Source: Macrostomum lignano
Taxonomy: Eukaryota
Assembly: GCA_002269645.1 (NCBI GenBank)
Contig: NIVC01001462.1
Location: 62,001-126,000 of the forward strand
Length of the DNA: 64,000 bases
Reading direction: 5' to 3'
Under the pieces are notes generated by a model. That model saw only the letters and a list, made by a program, of their open reading frames with translations, was not told the DNA's origin and ran no database searches. The position numbers were made by a program, and so were the translations under genes. Below, piece after piece: positions 62,355 to 64,000 of the stretch (positions within the stretch are counted from its first letter, which is position 1; each line of letters opens with the position of its first letter).

Positions 62355-63260
62355 CTCTCTTGATGACACATCTCTGTCTCAATTGAGGTCACATCTTTGT
62401 CCGAGCTGAGGACACATCTCTGTCTAAGCTGAGGACACATCTCTGTCTAAGCTGAGGACACATCTCTGTCTGAGCTGAGGACACATCTCTGTCTGAGCTG
62501 AGGACACATCTCTGTCTGATCTGAGGACACATCCCTGTCTAAGCTGAGGACACATCTCTGTCTCAATTGAGGTCACATCTTTGTCCGAGCTGAGGACACA
62601 TCTCTGTCTAAGCTGAGAACACATCCCTGTCTAATTTGAGGACACATCTCTGTCTGAGCTGAGGACACATCTCTGTCTGAGCTGAGGACACATCTCTGTC
62701 TGAGCTGAGGACACATCTCTGTCTGATCTGAGGACACATCCCTGTCTAAGCTGAGGACACATCTCTGTCTGAGCTGAGGACACATCTCTGTCTGAGCTGA
62801 GGACACATCTCTGTCTGATCTGAGGATACATCCCTGTCTAAGCTGAGGACACATCTCTGTCTGAGCTGAGGACACATCTCTGTCTGAGCTGAGGACACAT
62901 CTCTGTCTGATCTGAGGATACATCCCTGTCTAAGCTGAGGACACATCTCTGTCTGATCTGAGGACACATCTCTGTCTGAGCTGAGGACACATCTCTGTCT
63001 GATCTGAGGACACATCCCTGTCTAAGCTGAGGACACATCTCTGTCTGAGCTGAGGACACATCTCTGTCTGAGCTGAGGACACATCTCTGTCTGATATGAG
63101 AACACATCTCTGTCTGATCTGAGGATACATCCCTGTCTAAGCTGAGGACACATCTCTGTCTGATCTGAGGACACATCTCTGTCTGATCTGAGGACACATC
63201 TCTGTCTGAGCTGAAGACACTGTCTCCACTGAGGACACACTTTTGTCTTATCTGAGGACA
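62355..63260. repeat. 23-bp minisatellite (CTGAGGACACATCTCTGTCTGAG) in the Rac intron
   Basis: Period 23. Confidence 0.95.
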
Positions 63261-64000
63261 CCCGTATCTCATTCATGCTCTCCATTTGAATCTTTAGAGG
63301 AAAATCACCTGTAATTATCTAGCCAACTTACTTTTTTATTCATCTCTTCCAGCCAGCCCAGCAAAAGTCTACCACCACAGCCTATAGCTAAAGCTCTGAG
63401 CAAATATGGCCAAAACACACAAAACAAACTGATGCTGTACTCCCAGTTGCTTCCAGGGGGAAAGCAGTTCCCTCCCCTCCTCTTTCATTCTTAATCCTAT
63501 GTCCATCTGTAAAGCCCCTCCCCCAGCTCTTGTTTCACATCCCTTCTTTATTTCTGGCAGCATGCCAAGCCATTTGCCATTGGCTGTCAGACCGAACTAT
63601 AGCAGCTCAGGCAAGGGAATTCCCTCAAGGCGATGAGGTTCGCTTCTTCTCAAATGTGTGCTTTGCCTCCGGCGTTTCAACCTGAACTTTGCATACCACC
63701 TCCCCGCCTCTGCATTGGCCCAGATGATATCGATGGCTTGCAGTGTTGGCAAGGTGCCAAAAACTGAACTGACCACTGAATAGCTGTCACAATATGGCCC
63801 GGTTTTTTCGATTTTTCTACTTTTAATCTCAGCCAAAACCGCTTCCAACCCTATCCCCAGCTGTATGAAATCCCACTATATATTATTATCCCTTGAGAAT
63901 AATCCGCTCCCATCTCACTACGTCTCTGAGTTAGTAGGGATAATCTGCTTATGAAGCATTCACTCAGGATATTGATAGCATCTGTGTAGCTTGAATTGAA

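Noticed and set aside
9733-63285. Dozens of ORF-track entries with repetitive translations (MLIYYL, LGQPPRSS, STPCSVCVN, MAPYLA, SDPSGSVMP, CPQLRQ, VCLS)
   Set aside because: They are translations of minisatellites or microsatellites lying in introns or spacers.
63369-63848. Minus-strand ORFs in the Rac intron, possibly a retroelement ORF1 remnant
   Set aside because: No motif I can confidently recognise.

Overview
Animal genomic DNA with GT-AG introns. It is probably from a macrostomid flatworm such as Macrostomum; this is inferred from gene content and minisatellite-filled introns and is not proven. From left to right: a 5'-truncated non-LTR retrotransposon; two tandem secreted PAN/apple-like genes (+); a run of six minus-strand genes (POLD2, USP40-like, GOLGA7, KANSL2/INO80D-family, and two Lifeguard/TMBIM paralogs with a DD37E Tc1/mariner element between them); a ~15.5 kb almost CpG-free transposon graveyard (40.85-56.4 kb); then VTI1A and the first coding exon of a Rac-like GTPase (+). 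The graveyard holds decayed mariner, Crypton-like, Merlin and MULE/SWIM remnants, one intact CpG island, a MITE, and a 176-bp satellite flanked by ~970-bp direct repeats. Nearly every large intron carries its own 18-50 bp minisatellite, and two tRNA-derived SINE families recur. The most striking signal is C>T hypermutation of repeats at CpA/TpG as well as CpG, reminiscent of fungal RIP. It shows in the nearly all-TAG stops of the dead Merlin transposase, in variants of the young 176-bp array, and in variants of most intronic minisatellites, while exons and one CpG island are spared. Exon models and counts were made by hand and need computational confirmation.
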